From contig JAHRHZ010000112.1 of assembly GCA_024137785.1 (NCBI GenBank), forward strand, positions 43,442,288 through 43,506,287: a stretch of DNA of 64,000 nucleotides, in the 5' to 3' direction. Positions within the stretch are counted from its first letter, which is position 1. Each line of letters starts with the position of its first letter. The notes under the pieces are model-generated. The model was not told where the DNA came from. It saw nothing but the letters and a program-made list of their open reading frames with translations, and searched no databases. The position numbers and the translations under genes were made by a program. Source of the stretch: Ginglymostoma cirratum. Lineage: Eukaryota. Shown here piece by piece: positions 52,800 to 64,000 of the stretch.

Positions 52800-54090
52800 A
52801 TGAATGTGGTAGCCTTTTATTGAACTGAGACAGTAGGAGAAATGGTGTACTTAAGACTTCCAAAAGGCATTTGAAAAAGGTGCTACATCAGAGATTGCTG
52901 CCCAGGATAACAGCACTTAATGTTGCAACGAACACAGTAACATGGATAGAGGATTGGAGGTGCACAGAGACCAGTGCTTGGGCACTAACTATTTACAATC
53001 TATCTCAATGATTTGAATTGGGGGTCTCAATCTATTGTAGCTAAATTTGTTGATGGCACCAAAATAAGTCAGAAAGTATATTTTTTCTGCAGAATCCCTC
53101 CAGTGTGGAAACAGGCCACTCAGCCCAACAAGTCCACACCCACCCTCAGAGCATTCCACCCAGACCCATCCCCCTATAACCCACCTAATCTACACATCCC
53201 TGAACACTATGGGCAATTTGGCATGGCTAATCCACCTAACCTGCACATCTTTGGACTGTGGGAGGAAACTGGAGCGCCCTTGTTTAAGAGGACGTAGAGA
53301 GTATGCAAGGTAATATAAACAGGTGGAGTGAGTGGGCAAAACAAAAAATTGACAGACGGATAAATGTGGAATTCCCACTTTGGCAGGAAGAACAGAAACA
53401 CAATGTACTAATGATGTAGAGAGAGAATGCAGAACTTGGTGGTACAGAAGGACTTGGGTATCCTGGCACATGAATCACCTAAAGTTCAGGACAGCAAGTA
53501 ATAAGGAATATAGATAAAATGTTGTCATTTATTGCAATATCAATGGAACACAAAAATAGGGAGGTTTTACTGCAGCTGCTTAGTGCGTTGGTGAGGCCAC
53601 ATCTGGAGTACTGTACACAGTTCTAGTCTACTTTTTTGAAAAAAAAATCCATTGTTGCTTTAGAAACAGTTCAGAGAAGGTTCACTTGACTCATTTCTCA
53701 GATAAAGGGCTTATCTAATGAAGAAAGCTTGAACAGGTTGGGTGTTTATCTGCTGGAGTTTGGAAGAATGACAGGTGATCTAAGTGAAACAGAAGATAGC
53801 ATAGGATGGATATCAGGTAGGTATTTCCTCAGGTGGGGAAAGTTAAAACTATGAGACATATTGTTTAAGAGTAAGAGAGAGCAGGAGAAATTTTTTTCTC
53901 AGAAGGTCATTAAAGTGTAGAATTCTCCTTCTGGAAGGTAATGCAGACCAAGTCTGTAAATTTATTCAAGGCTGACTATGATAGACAAGGGGCAGTTATG
54001 GGTGCAGACAGGAAAGTGGAGATGGGGCCATAATCAGCTTAGTGATGATCTTATTAAATGGTGGAAGAGGCTCAGAAGTCTAATTAACAC
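52800..54090 (+). mobile_element. Old CR1 RT to 3' end, interrupted by an HE1 SINE at about 53091-53279
   Basis: YLRLPKGI.., AKFVDGTK, LVRPHLEYCTQF; the HE1 fragment has tail agaatccctccagtgtggaaacagg. Confidence 0.8.
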
Positions 54091-54275
54091 CTTCTAAAAG
54101 CTTTTGGAATATATTTTGTCATTTAAAATCAGCTTATATACAAATGGTAAATTTACTGATTAAAAATGCTAATTTTCTGTTATAAGCCCATTACCAGTTG
54201 TTTAAACAAATGATCCCAAACTGTTATTTTGACATGCATTGTGATGACCAGGTATGAGGAAGGGTGAATTGACTC

Positions 54276-55566
54276 AGAGATAACAAGGCGTAGAGCTGGA
54301 TGAACACAGCAGGCCAGGCAGCATCAAAGGAGCAGGAAAGCTGACATTTCGGGCCTAGACCATTCTTCAGAAATGGGGGAGGGGAAGGGGGTTCTGAAAT
54401 AAATAGGGAGGGGGGGGAAGCGGATAGAAGAAGGAGAAGATAGGTGGAGAGGAGACTGACAGGTCAAAGAGGTGGGGATGGAGCCAGTAAAGGTGAGTGT
54501 AGGTGGGGAGTTAGGGAGGAGATAGGTCAGTCCAGGGAGGACGGACAGGTCAAGGGGGCAGGATGAGGTTAGTAGGTAGGAGATGGGGGTGGGGCTTGAG
54601 GTGGGAGGAGGGGATTGGTGGGAGGAAGGACAGGTTAGGGAGGCAGGGACGGGCTGGGATGGATTTGGGATGCGGTAGGGGGAGGGGAGATTTTGAAGCT
54701 TGTGAAGTCCACATTGATACCATTGGGCTGCAGGGTTCCCAAGCGGAATATGAGTTGCTGTTCCTGTAACCTTCCGGTGGCATCTTTGTGGCAATGCAGG
54801 AGGCCCAGGATGGACGTATCATCTGAGGAATGGGAGGGGGAGTTGAAATGGTTCGCGACTGGGAGGTGCAATTGTTTGTTGTGAACCGAGCGTAGGTGTT
54901 CTGCAAAGCGGTCCACAAGCCTCCGCTTGGTTTCCCCGATGTGGAGGAGGCCACAACGGGTACAGCGGATACAGTATACCACATTAGCAGATGTGCAGGT
55001 GAACATCTGCTTGATGTGGAAAGTCTTCTTGGGGCCTGGGATTGGGGTGAGGGAGGAGGTGTGGGGGCAGGTGTAGCACTTCCTGCGGCTGCAGGGAAAA
55101 GTGCCGGGTGTGGTGGGGCTGGTGAGGAGTGTGGAGCGGACAAGGGAGTCATGGAGAGAGTGGTCCCTCTGGAAAGCAGACAAGGGTGGGGAGGGAAAAA
55201 TGTCTTTGGTGGTGGGGTCGGATTGCAGATGGTGGAAGAGTCAGAGGATGATGCATTGGATCCGGAGGTTGGTGGAGTGCTACGTGAGGACGAGGGGGAT
55301 TCTGTTTTGGTTGTTATTGCAGGGACGGGGTGTGAGGGATGAGTTGCGGGAAATGCGGGAGACACGGTCGAGGGCGTTCTCGACCACTGAGTGGGGGAAG
55401 TTGCGGTCCTTGAAAAACGAGGACATCTGAGATGTACGGGAGTGGAATGCCTCATCCTGGGAGCAGATGCGGCGGAGGCAAAGGAATTGGGAATAGGGGA
55501 TAGCATTTTTGCAGGAGGGTAGGTGGGAGGAGGTGTATTCTAGGTAGCTGTGGGAGTCGGTGGGCT
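54276..55566 (-). mobile_element. Penelope-like element (Neptune-type), 5'-truncated: RT C-terminus, Cys/His linker, GIY-YIG endonuclease, 3' UTR/pseudo-LTR
   Basis: One reading frame from 55570 to 54635 with a single in-frame TAG at 55280-82: FKPTDSHSYLEY..IPYSQFLCLRRICS..PCSRRKCYTCPH..VVYCIRCTRCGLLHIGET..RFAEH..PNGIN. Hammerhead-like core at 54342-54370; TSD tgaattgac at 54265-73 / 55567-75. Confidence 0.93.
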
Positions 55567-56081
55567 TGAATTGACACCCCACTTTTTAAATACTCAGTCG
55601 GTCACAACAAAGACTTTTAATTTTTGTTCACATGCTGCTATATTACAGTCATAACCACAACATAATATAGGAGCCAACTGCAAGATTTTCTTAGTGAAAG
55701 AAAGTGATTTTATTCCTGACATTCAAGGAAAATTTAGAATGTACCATCCAACATACATACATAAACACAGACATAAAGTTTATAAAGGGCAGAGTGTCTG
55801 GTACAATTGAAAGAAAAATAACATAAAATTATAAAAGTTCTTTGATTTCTCGAGACGTAATAGTTGTATCTGAAACCAAGGCTGTTTAACTGATGTATTG
55901 TATCCTTAGCAGTAGTGAAATTTATAGATCCTTAGGTTCTCACTGAATGGATGTCAAGCGAATTTATTTTATCACCGGCTCTGATACTCATGATGTGAGA
56001 GGGAAACAGAGATTGAAGGAGTCTTCCAGTATTTGCTGTTACCAATCCATTTTCTGGATCTCTCCCTCTGCCAACCAGCTA

Positions 56082-56174
56082 CTGATGAAGGGTCTATCCC
56101 CGAAACGTCAGCCTCCCTGCTCTTATGATGGTGCTTAGCCTGCTGTGTTCATCCAGCTCCACACCTTGTTATCT
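56082..56174 (+). mobile_element. Solo family A PLE end starting exactly at CTGATGA
   Basis: TSD cagctactga at 56076-85 / 56175-84 overlaps the CTGA; core CTGATGAAGGGTCTATCCCCGAAACGTCA. Confidence 0.85.
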
Positions 56175-56763
56175 CAGCTACTGAAATATGGTTCTTTTGT
56201 GTATTCCAAGCGCAGGTTCATTACAATTAGAACTAGAAAAAATCATTGTCATATATATTCAAATGAGTACAGTGAAAAGTCTATAAGTCACAAAGTTGTC
56301 ATTATCTGGACAACTTATTGGACAAGTGTAAATTGAAACAGGAGATGTGAGGTTCTAGATGCCTGAATCTGTTGCCTGGTTTCAGCAGCTTTCGCTAACA
56401 TGGTGCCTTTAGTTCAATTGATTTTATTTATTTCATATTGGCTTCCTAAACTTGAACAGACAGCAAGGTGATTGCCACAGCCATGTTTGCTCCATGTTTC
56501 CAACTTCCCAAAACTATTTTAGTCCTTGAAGTCTCAGATATTAAAATCAGAGAATGATAGTCTGAAATGTACTATTATGATAATTTTTTAAAGTGGAGTT
56601 TTATAAGAAGTTTTGAAATCTGCTGAATTAGCATGTTTCATGGCAGATTTTCCATGTGGCAAATGCAAAAATATTTGAGTGGAAACACAAGAAAAAAACT
56701 TAACAAAAGAGGTGAAATTTGCATCAAGGACTATACTCAAAGTGGAATCTCAAAGCATCATAC

Positions 56764-56865
56764 TTCTGAGAAAGGGTCACCGGACCCGAAATGTTAACTC
56801 TGATTTCACTTCACAGATGCTGCCAGACCCGCTGTGCTTTTCCAGCAACTTCTGTTTTTGTTTCT
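56764..56865 (+). mobile_element. Solo family B PLE end
   Basis: TSD tacttctg at 56761-68 / 56866-73; core mutated (CTGAGAA..GAAATGTTAACTC). Confidence 0.78.
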
Positions 56866-58524
56866 TACTTCTGTTGTTGCAATTTGTCACAGATGTAAAG
56901 CAATCCTGAAATGTTAATTTATTCATTTTACCTCCCTAAACGGGAAAGCAAATCCACATCTTTGAAGATCCCTAACCAAGTAATTCAACTCAATTTATTT
57001 AACAATTCAACTTGGTGGCTTCAAAGTGACACAGCTCCTCCTGTGAAACTGAATCATACATTGTGCCTAGCATGGCTATAAGACCCTGCACATCATTCAT
57101 ACTGCAGAAAACCATACCATGCTTTATTCCTAATAAAATATAAAAGCTTGGAACTACTTACACTTTAGATGTCTCTCTTTGTCACACAGCAAATTTCTGG
57201 GACATACTAAAATAATGTTAAAAGAGGTATTAAAAATAGAACGGAAACCACACATTTCCTGTAAGTTTCAGAGAAACTGCTCCATTAACCTTCATGGTGT
57301 ACGAAACAGCAATGAACTTAAATGAACCTAAGGATGGTCTTACAGAAGAAATAAGACCTTGTAGATGGGATGGAGAATCTATTGCCTTTGGGCCATATGT
57401 AACCCATGAGTCTTGGCAATCTAGCCCTTTAATCACTTTGGATTTGATAAAGCCTAAATCATGGCACGTAAATTGCTGAGGATTCATAGCTTGAGATATA
57501 TGGACCACAGTAATACATGTGGCCTGTGAAGGTCTTTGGCATGCCACTAAGTGTCCCAAAATGGAAAAGTTTGAACATTCTTGGAGAACAGACAAAGTAC
57601 ACACAGGTTCACCCATAGCAGCAAAACAATACTGTGGCTGCAACATGGGCAAACAACACAATCTTTATTAATGACAGTATCCTCTCACTTACTGTGTGCA
57701 ATCCCATGTTTTACATCTATAATTCTGAAAATATTAAACAGTAAGTGCGCACACGTTTACTCTCCGTACTCCGTCACAATTCAGGTGTCACACTCTAGAT
57801 CTCACACTGTAGTCACTAATGTAAAATCACCTCTAACAAAGAGAAACAAAGCACACTTACTTAATTTTCAACGTTTCTAAGGTATTGTGTGATCTGGCAA
57901 GCACTTTCCAATCAGTAAACCGTTCCAACAATCCCCAATTACTGTTGCTTAGAAACAATCCTGAGAAAGCTTTCTCAGTGTGCATCTCCACATTTAACCC
58001 AATGTAAAAATGTTTCTTTAAATTAATTTTTCAATTTTTTTCTGAAATGGTTTATATTTGTACTTTTTCTTTTGCTCTCACCTCACCATCCAGTGGAAAT
58101 ATTCTCTGGCTGTTTACATTAATCCTCACAGCTTTGAAGAGTTCCATCAGACCAACCCTAATAGTCACAGTTTCATCAGAAAAAAGCTGTCAACTTCTTG
58201 CAAGTCCCAACTCTAGGACCTTCCCCGTGAACCTACATCTAAAATTTTTCCATTACGTTTATGTCCTTTTGATTAGTGCCCAAAACTATATGCAATGTTT
58301 TAATTTAATTATGATTATGCTATTATCCAAGTTCTGCATTGTACCCTTGTTTCTGTATTATTTTTTGTTTTTAATCAAGGATTAAATTAGCTATTTTATA
58401 ACCTTAATTAATTAAGTTGCAATATTTTTAAATCTTTTAACCTGCTCTTTAAGGTCACCATTGGTCTTGATTCTATTTGAAAGCTTATAGTGAAAGCATA
58501 TTCCTTTTGATTTGTCTGCCAAAT

Positions 58525-58600
58525 ATTGATTGATTGATCAGATTGATCGATTGATTTATTGTCACTTACACTGAAATACAGCGAAAAGCTTTGTACAGGC
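58525..58600 (-). mobile_element. Rex1/Babar-like 3' tail fragment
   Basis: (attg)n followed by tttattgtcac..aaaagc; complement of the (aatc)n tail type at 11.8 kb. Confidence 0.5.
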
Positions 58601-59233
58601 AGACCGTAGTACGCAAGTATGGACACATCAAATGTTGTAAAAAAACTTAGACACAGGCTTAATTTTTACAGATTTAGAATTTAAGTTTAAAAGTGTAGAA
58701 TGGTTATATGAAGTGTTAGAATTAGGTTTACTGTTGGGAGCTCGCAAAGAGTGATACGGTGTTAGCGCTATCTCCTTGGAATGGCATCCTTTTCTAAGCA
58801 TCCAGTTTAAGTAACAAGTGGATATGTGTAGAACATGGTCACAAGGGACATATAATCCAGCTGTCCTAAAGTTTACAAGTTTCTTTCCCCCGCAGAGGTC
58901 AAGGAAGCAATTAACAGTGATCAAAGATGTTATCAATACAAATTGTTTGAAACAGTACCTGTCTTTTTGTACTGAGCCACACTTTGTCAATGTTGTTTGC
59001 AATGATAGGAAACAAATGGAAAACCTTTTGTCTCAACCAAGAGACCTAGTTCAATCACAATAACATTGTGCTTGTTCTTGTGGTGAGCTTGGAGTCAGGA
59101 CAAGGATGTAATTATGTGGGATGGTGGCAAACATGAAGTTCACCTCCTTCCCACCTCTGACAGTATTATATGCTGACAGGAAAGCCCAATGTTAATCGAC
59201 CTGCTGCACTGATAATTTTGGTTAATTTTGGTC

Positions 59234-60514
59234 AGTAATTTGATTAGGGATAGTCAACACGGTTTTATGAAGGGTAGGTCGTGCCTCACAAACCTTATTG
59301 AGTTCTTTGAGAAGGTGACTGAACAGGTGGACGAGGGTAAAGCGCTGATGTGGTGTATATGGATTTCAATAAAGTGTTTGATAAGGTTCCCCACGGTAGG
59401 CTATTGCAGAAAATTCAGAGGCATGGGATTGAGGGTGATTTAGTGGTTTGGATCAGAAATTGGCTAGCTGGAAGAAGACAGAGGGTGGTGGTTGATGGGA
59501 AATGTTCATCCTGGAGTTCAGTTACTAGTGGTGTAACGCAAGGATCTGTTTTGGGGCCACTGCTCTTTGTCATTTTTATAAATGACCTGGATGAGGGCGT
59601 AGAAGGATGGGTTAGTAAATTTGCAGATGACACTAAAGTTGGTGGAGTTGTGGATAGTGCGGAAGGATGTTGCAGGTTACAGACGGACATAGATAAGCTG
59701 CAGAGCTGGGCTGAGAGGTGGCAAATGGAGTTTAATGCGGAAAAGTGTGAGGTGATTCACTTTGGAAGGAGGAACAGGAATACAGAGTACTGGGCTAATG
59801 GTAAGATTCTTGGTAGTGTGGACGAGCAGAGAGATCTCAGTGTCCATGCGCATAGATCCCTGAAAGTTGCCACCCAGGTTGACAGGGTTGTTAAGAAGGC
59901 GTACGATGTGTTAGGTTTTATCGGTAGAGGGATTGAGTTTCGGAGCCGTGAGGTCATGTTGCAGCTGTACAAAACTCTGGTGTGGCCGCACTTGGAGTAT
60001 TGCGTACAGTTCTGGTCTCCGCATTATAGGAAGGATGTGGAAGCATTGGAAAGGGTGCAGAGGAGATTTACCAGGATGTTGCCTGGTATGGAGGGAAGGT
60101 CTTATGAGGAAACACTGAGGGACTTGAGGCTGTTTTCGTTAGAGAGAAGAAGGTTAAGAGGTGACTTAATAGAGACATACAAGATGATCAGAGGATTGGA
60201 TAGGGTGGACTGTGAGAGTCTTTTTCCTCAGACGGTGATGGCTAGCACAAGGGGACATAGCTTTAAATTGAGGGGTGATAGATGTCAGAGGTAGATTCTT
60301 TACACAGAGAGTAGTAAGGGCATGGAATGCCTTGCCTGCAGCAATTCTAGACTTGCCAACTTTAAGGGCATTTAAATGGTCGTTGGATAAACATATGGAT
60401 GATAATGGAATAGTGTAGGTTAGATGGCCTTCAGATTGGTTTCACAGGTCGGCGCAACATCGAGGGCCGAAGGGCCTGTACTGCACTGTAATGTTCAATG
60501 TTCTATGTTCTATG
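59234..60514 (+). mobile_element. Young 5'-truncated CR1 (HER1-like) LINE with a 314-aa uninterrupted RT segment
   Basis: YMDFNKVFDKVPH..GVTQGSVLGPLLF..SKFADDTK..LEYCVQFWSP. The 3' end gggccgaagggcctgtactgcactgta..(ttctatg)n is shared with the HE1 SINE tail. Confidence 0.95.
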
Positions 60515-60589
60515 GTCTTGAAGTGACCAATTAGTGACCACATAATGGTCTCATCACACCCCGCTGTTATTAACCCATCTGCCTACCTC

Positions 60590-61100
60590 AGTAAGGAAGT
60601 GCTGAACTTGGAGGGGACCACAGGAAGTTTACAAGAATGATCCCGGAGAGGAAGGGCTTGTCATATGAGAAGTAATTGAGGACTCTGGGTCTGTACTTGA
60701 TGGAGTTCAGAAGGATGAGGGGAGGGTTCTCACTGAAACGTACAGAATACTGAAAGGCCTGGATAGAGTGAATATAGAGAAGATGTTTCCAGTATTAGGA
60801 GAGACTAGGACCTGAGGGCATAACCTCTGAGTGAAGGGATGACCCTTTAGAATTGAGATGAGGTGGAATTCCTTCAGCCAGAGGGTGGTGAATCTGTGGA
60901 ACTCACTGCCAGACAGGGCTGTGGAGGTCAAGCTCTTGAGTGTATTTAAGACAGAGATAGATAGATTCTTGATTAAAAAGGGGATCAAGGGTTATGGGGA
61001 GAAGGCATGAGAATGGGGTTGAAAAATATATCAAGCACGATTAAATGGTGGAGCAGACTCGATGGGCCGAAAGGTCTAATTCTGCTTCAATACCTTATGG
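60590..61100 (+). mobile_element. CR1 3' fragment
   Basis: gagggtggtgaatctgtggaactcactgcc; 3' UTR gatgggccgaaagg. Confidence 0.85.
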
Positions 61101-62984
61101 TATTTTGGCCTGTTACTATGTGGCATGCATGGCAGCTAATGCCATGCAACCAGCTTGTCGCCTCCAGGTGGGAGTGAGCCCCTGTCTTTGACGTTGACCC
61201 CTGTGCCTTGTCTCTCCACAATGCCCAACCACCAAACACCTCTCAACCCTCAGCCTGCAACATTATTCACCTGTGTCCTGAGTCATTCCGCAACCTAGAA
61301 TTCTAGAACCTTTGGTTCTGGCAGCAGCCGGGGGCTCAGCAGCGGCACTGCTCAACAGGTGCCAGCCTAGAATTGACATGCAATTCTCCATCCTGACACC
61401 TACTCAGAATGTGGATTGTACAGTCATAGCAAGTCCCTTGTCAACTCTCCAACTGGCAGGTGACACTTCCCCCCCCCTACCAATGATACAACAGGTTTCC
61501 ACCCAATATTTCTGCATATCATTATATGCGGTGATATTTCATCAATACTCTGCTTATTGATAGATGTCAACACTTTCTGGTTACTCTGAAAACTCTCCAA
61601 AATAATACATTTACTCAGAGATTGAATAGATAATGATATTCAAAAACTGTCTGTGACATTAGAGAAGTTTGTCCAAGTACATGTTTTGTGTGGAGGGAAT
61701 TAAATTAATCAATGTATGAACTAAACACATGCTTTCTATTTTTGAAAGGCGTATTGTCACAATAACAAAGCAGGTTGAGTAAATTAGTCACCCTCCACCC
61801 AACACTTACTGTAAACGATGACTTAATCCGGAATATGAAAAATGTTGAAGAAACATGCGAGTCTAGAAATTGCAATTTCCTGACCGCAGCATAAAGAGCA
61901 GACAATTAAGGAATAAAAAGTCACTACGGCCAATTCATAGCAGTGCCAATTTTCTGGTTAAAATTAATTTAAAATTAATGAGCATAAAATTGAGAAGACC
62001 ACAATCAGTCAGACAAACCTTCCTGTACTGTTGAATGGGACTCCAGTAAAGGGAATACTGACACACCAGACCTGAAATTCTTACAATTTCAGGGTTTTTT
62101 ATTTGAACAAAGAAAATAAGTTACCATCAAATATTTGATTCCTCCAACAAGGCTGCTCACATGATGGTGCTGAATAATAACCTTGTTGAAGTTTATGGTA
62201 TTCAATCAGACTTCTCGTCAGCACTTCAGTTAATTCTTACATTCATGCAAAATGGCATATTTAAGTGGTTACAAGAGAAGTGAGTTAGGTGATGTGCCAC
62301 AGTGTGACCCATTTCACCTTTGCCACCTGGAATTGAACGCCATTCAGACAGACGAGTCCTTTGGCTTATGTTGTAATCGAGCCTTAGTGAGATTATGTAA
62401 CACTAAGGTCTTTTAAAAATACACTTCACTTTTTCAAAGCCTGTTTATACTGCACTGAGAAAAGATCCTATTATAATAGTCAGTAACAGAGAACAGTGTT
62501 GCTGGGTTGTTGCAAGGTCCATTCACTATGGAACAGTATTATATGACACTTCAGAATACTGTATCCTGACATGATCACAATTAAATTCCCAAACGTCTCA
62601 TTAATTGTTATCATCTCTTCGGTTTTCTGCCTTCATACATGCAACTCTATGTGCTCCAATTCCAAGCCACGTCCAACTGCTATGTCTTTTGACTATCTAT
62701 AAAATTTCACTACAGCATCAAAAGTAACTGCAATGCTATTATCAGTTTCCTTGGACAGTGATTCCATGGGAGACACCTTACAGCAAAATTCCAAACCAAG
62801 CTAGCCAGCTGTTGTAAAGTGCATTACATTGTGTCACCTTCAGCAATGGTTGTGTTCCATCAAATTTGTGACCAATCATGTGTAGGACTAAAATGGCGTA
62901 AAGCTACCAATTTAGTAGTGGAACAGTCTCCAAATTAATATCAGCTGAAATATTACATTAAAAATAGTGCACCTGCTGAGACAG

Positions 62985-63692
62985 AGATAGTAGGAACTGC
63001 AGATGCTGGAGAATCTGAGATAACAAGGTGTAGAGCTGGATGAACACAGCAGGCCAAGCAGCATCCTGGGAGCAGGAAAGCTTGACGTTTCGGGCCTAGA
63101 CCCTTCGTCAGAAAAATGTTTCTGATGAAGGTTCCACACCATGTGTTCCCTTTTAAATTGTACTTCCTCTTCAGTGCAGAATTCCAGCATGTGATTGGTA
63201 GCAACAGATGAGAAAAGGCACCAGGAAGACTGAATAGACTGCCTAGCTAGTGNNNNNNNNNNNNNNNNNNNNNNNNNNNNNNNNNNNNNNNNNNNNNNNN
63301 NNNNNNNNNNNNNNNNNNNNNNNNNNNNNNNNNNNNNNNNNNNNNNNNNNNNNNNNNNNNNNNNNNNNNNNNNNNNNNNNNNNNNNNNNNNNNNNNNNNN
63401 NNNNNNNNNNNNNNNNNNNNNNNNNNNNNNNNNNNNNNNNNNNNNNNNNNNNNNNNNNNNNNNNNNNNNNNNNNNNNNNNNNNNNNNNNNNNNNNNNNNN
63501 NNNNNNNNNNNNNNNNNNNNNNNNNNNNNNNNNNNNNNNNNNNNNNNNNNNNNNNNNNNNNNNNNNNNNNNNNNNNNNNNNNNNNNNNNNNNNNNNNNNN
63601 NNNNNNNNNNNNNNNNNNNNNNNNNNNNNNNNNNNNNNNNNNNNNNNNNNNNGATGCTGCTTGGCCTGCTGTGTTCATCCAGCTCTACACCT
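62985..63692. mobile_element. Fold-back family A PLE insert with internal unique sequence and 400-N gap
   Basis: TSD cacctgctgag[a/t]cag at 62970-84 / 63693-707. Minus-strand core CTGACGA..GAAACGTCA at 63083-63111; gap at 63253-63652. Confidence 0.8.
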
Positions 63693-64000
63693 CACCTGCT
63701 GAGTCAGGTGGCTTCTCATTAATGTCTTCTATAATGCATGACCATCATTTACAGCTCAAACTAAGTATGCAAATAAGCCCTGGGATTTAAATTCCAATGA
63801 TCCTCGTAGCTCTTAGCTTGATCTCAGTTACACGAATGGTGCCATGCTAAATCTAGGCCTGAAAATGGATCTCCAGTCAAAATCCACCTGTCAAGTTAGC
63901 GACAGTGCAGTTGGTGACATTATCACCCAAATGAGAAAGGTGTGGGTTTGAACACTAAACTAGGGTCTTGAAAACAACAGTCTGGATGACACTCCAGTGC

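Noticed and set aside
54550-55506. 318-aa Pro/Ser-rich ORF
   Set aside because: Alternate frame of the C-rich PLE coding strand; the RT/GIY-YIG motifs are in a different frame.
57230-57661. 143-aa minus-strand ORF in unique sequence
   Set aside because: No recognisable domain or good splice-site pair.

Overview
Eukaryotic, repeat-rich DNA from a cartilaginous fish, most likely a shark; this is inferred from HE1-type and SacSINE1-type SINEs and shark-like CR1 and Penelope families. The window lies inside a large minus-strand DNMT3A gene. Two exons are supported: 24613-24659 and 22185-22331, equivalent to human exons 5 and 6. The second encodes the N-terminal H2AK119ub/nucleosome-binding region. 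The rest is intron filled with decayed CR1, L2, Rex1/Babar and RTE LINEs, SINEs and LTR remnants. The most notable signal is a dense set of Penelope-like element (PLE) derivatives from at least three families: one 5'-truncated Neptune-type RT/GIY-YIG copy and more than 10 short non-coding inserts. Most of these inserts have 8-16 bp target-site duplications (TSDs), and many are fold-back palindromes with a roughly 33-nt tail on one arm only. They carry a minimal hammerhead-ribozyme-like motif (CTGA-N-GA-A-stem II-GAAAC-GT[C/T]A) whose N position takes all four bases across copies. Both 400-N assembly gaps fall inside such inserts. Family names and human comparisons are from memory, not database searches, and boundaries of old repeats are approximate.
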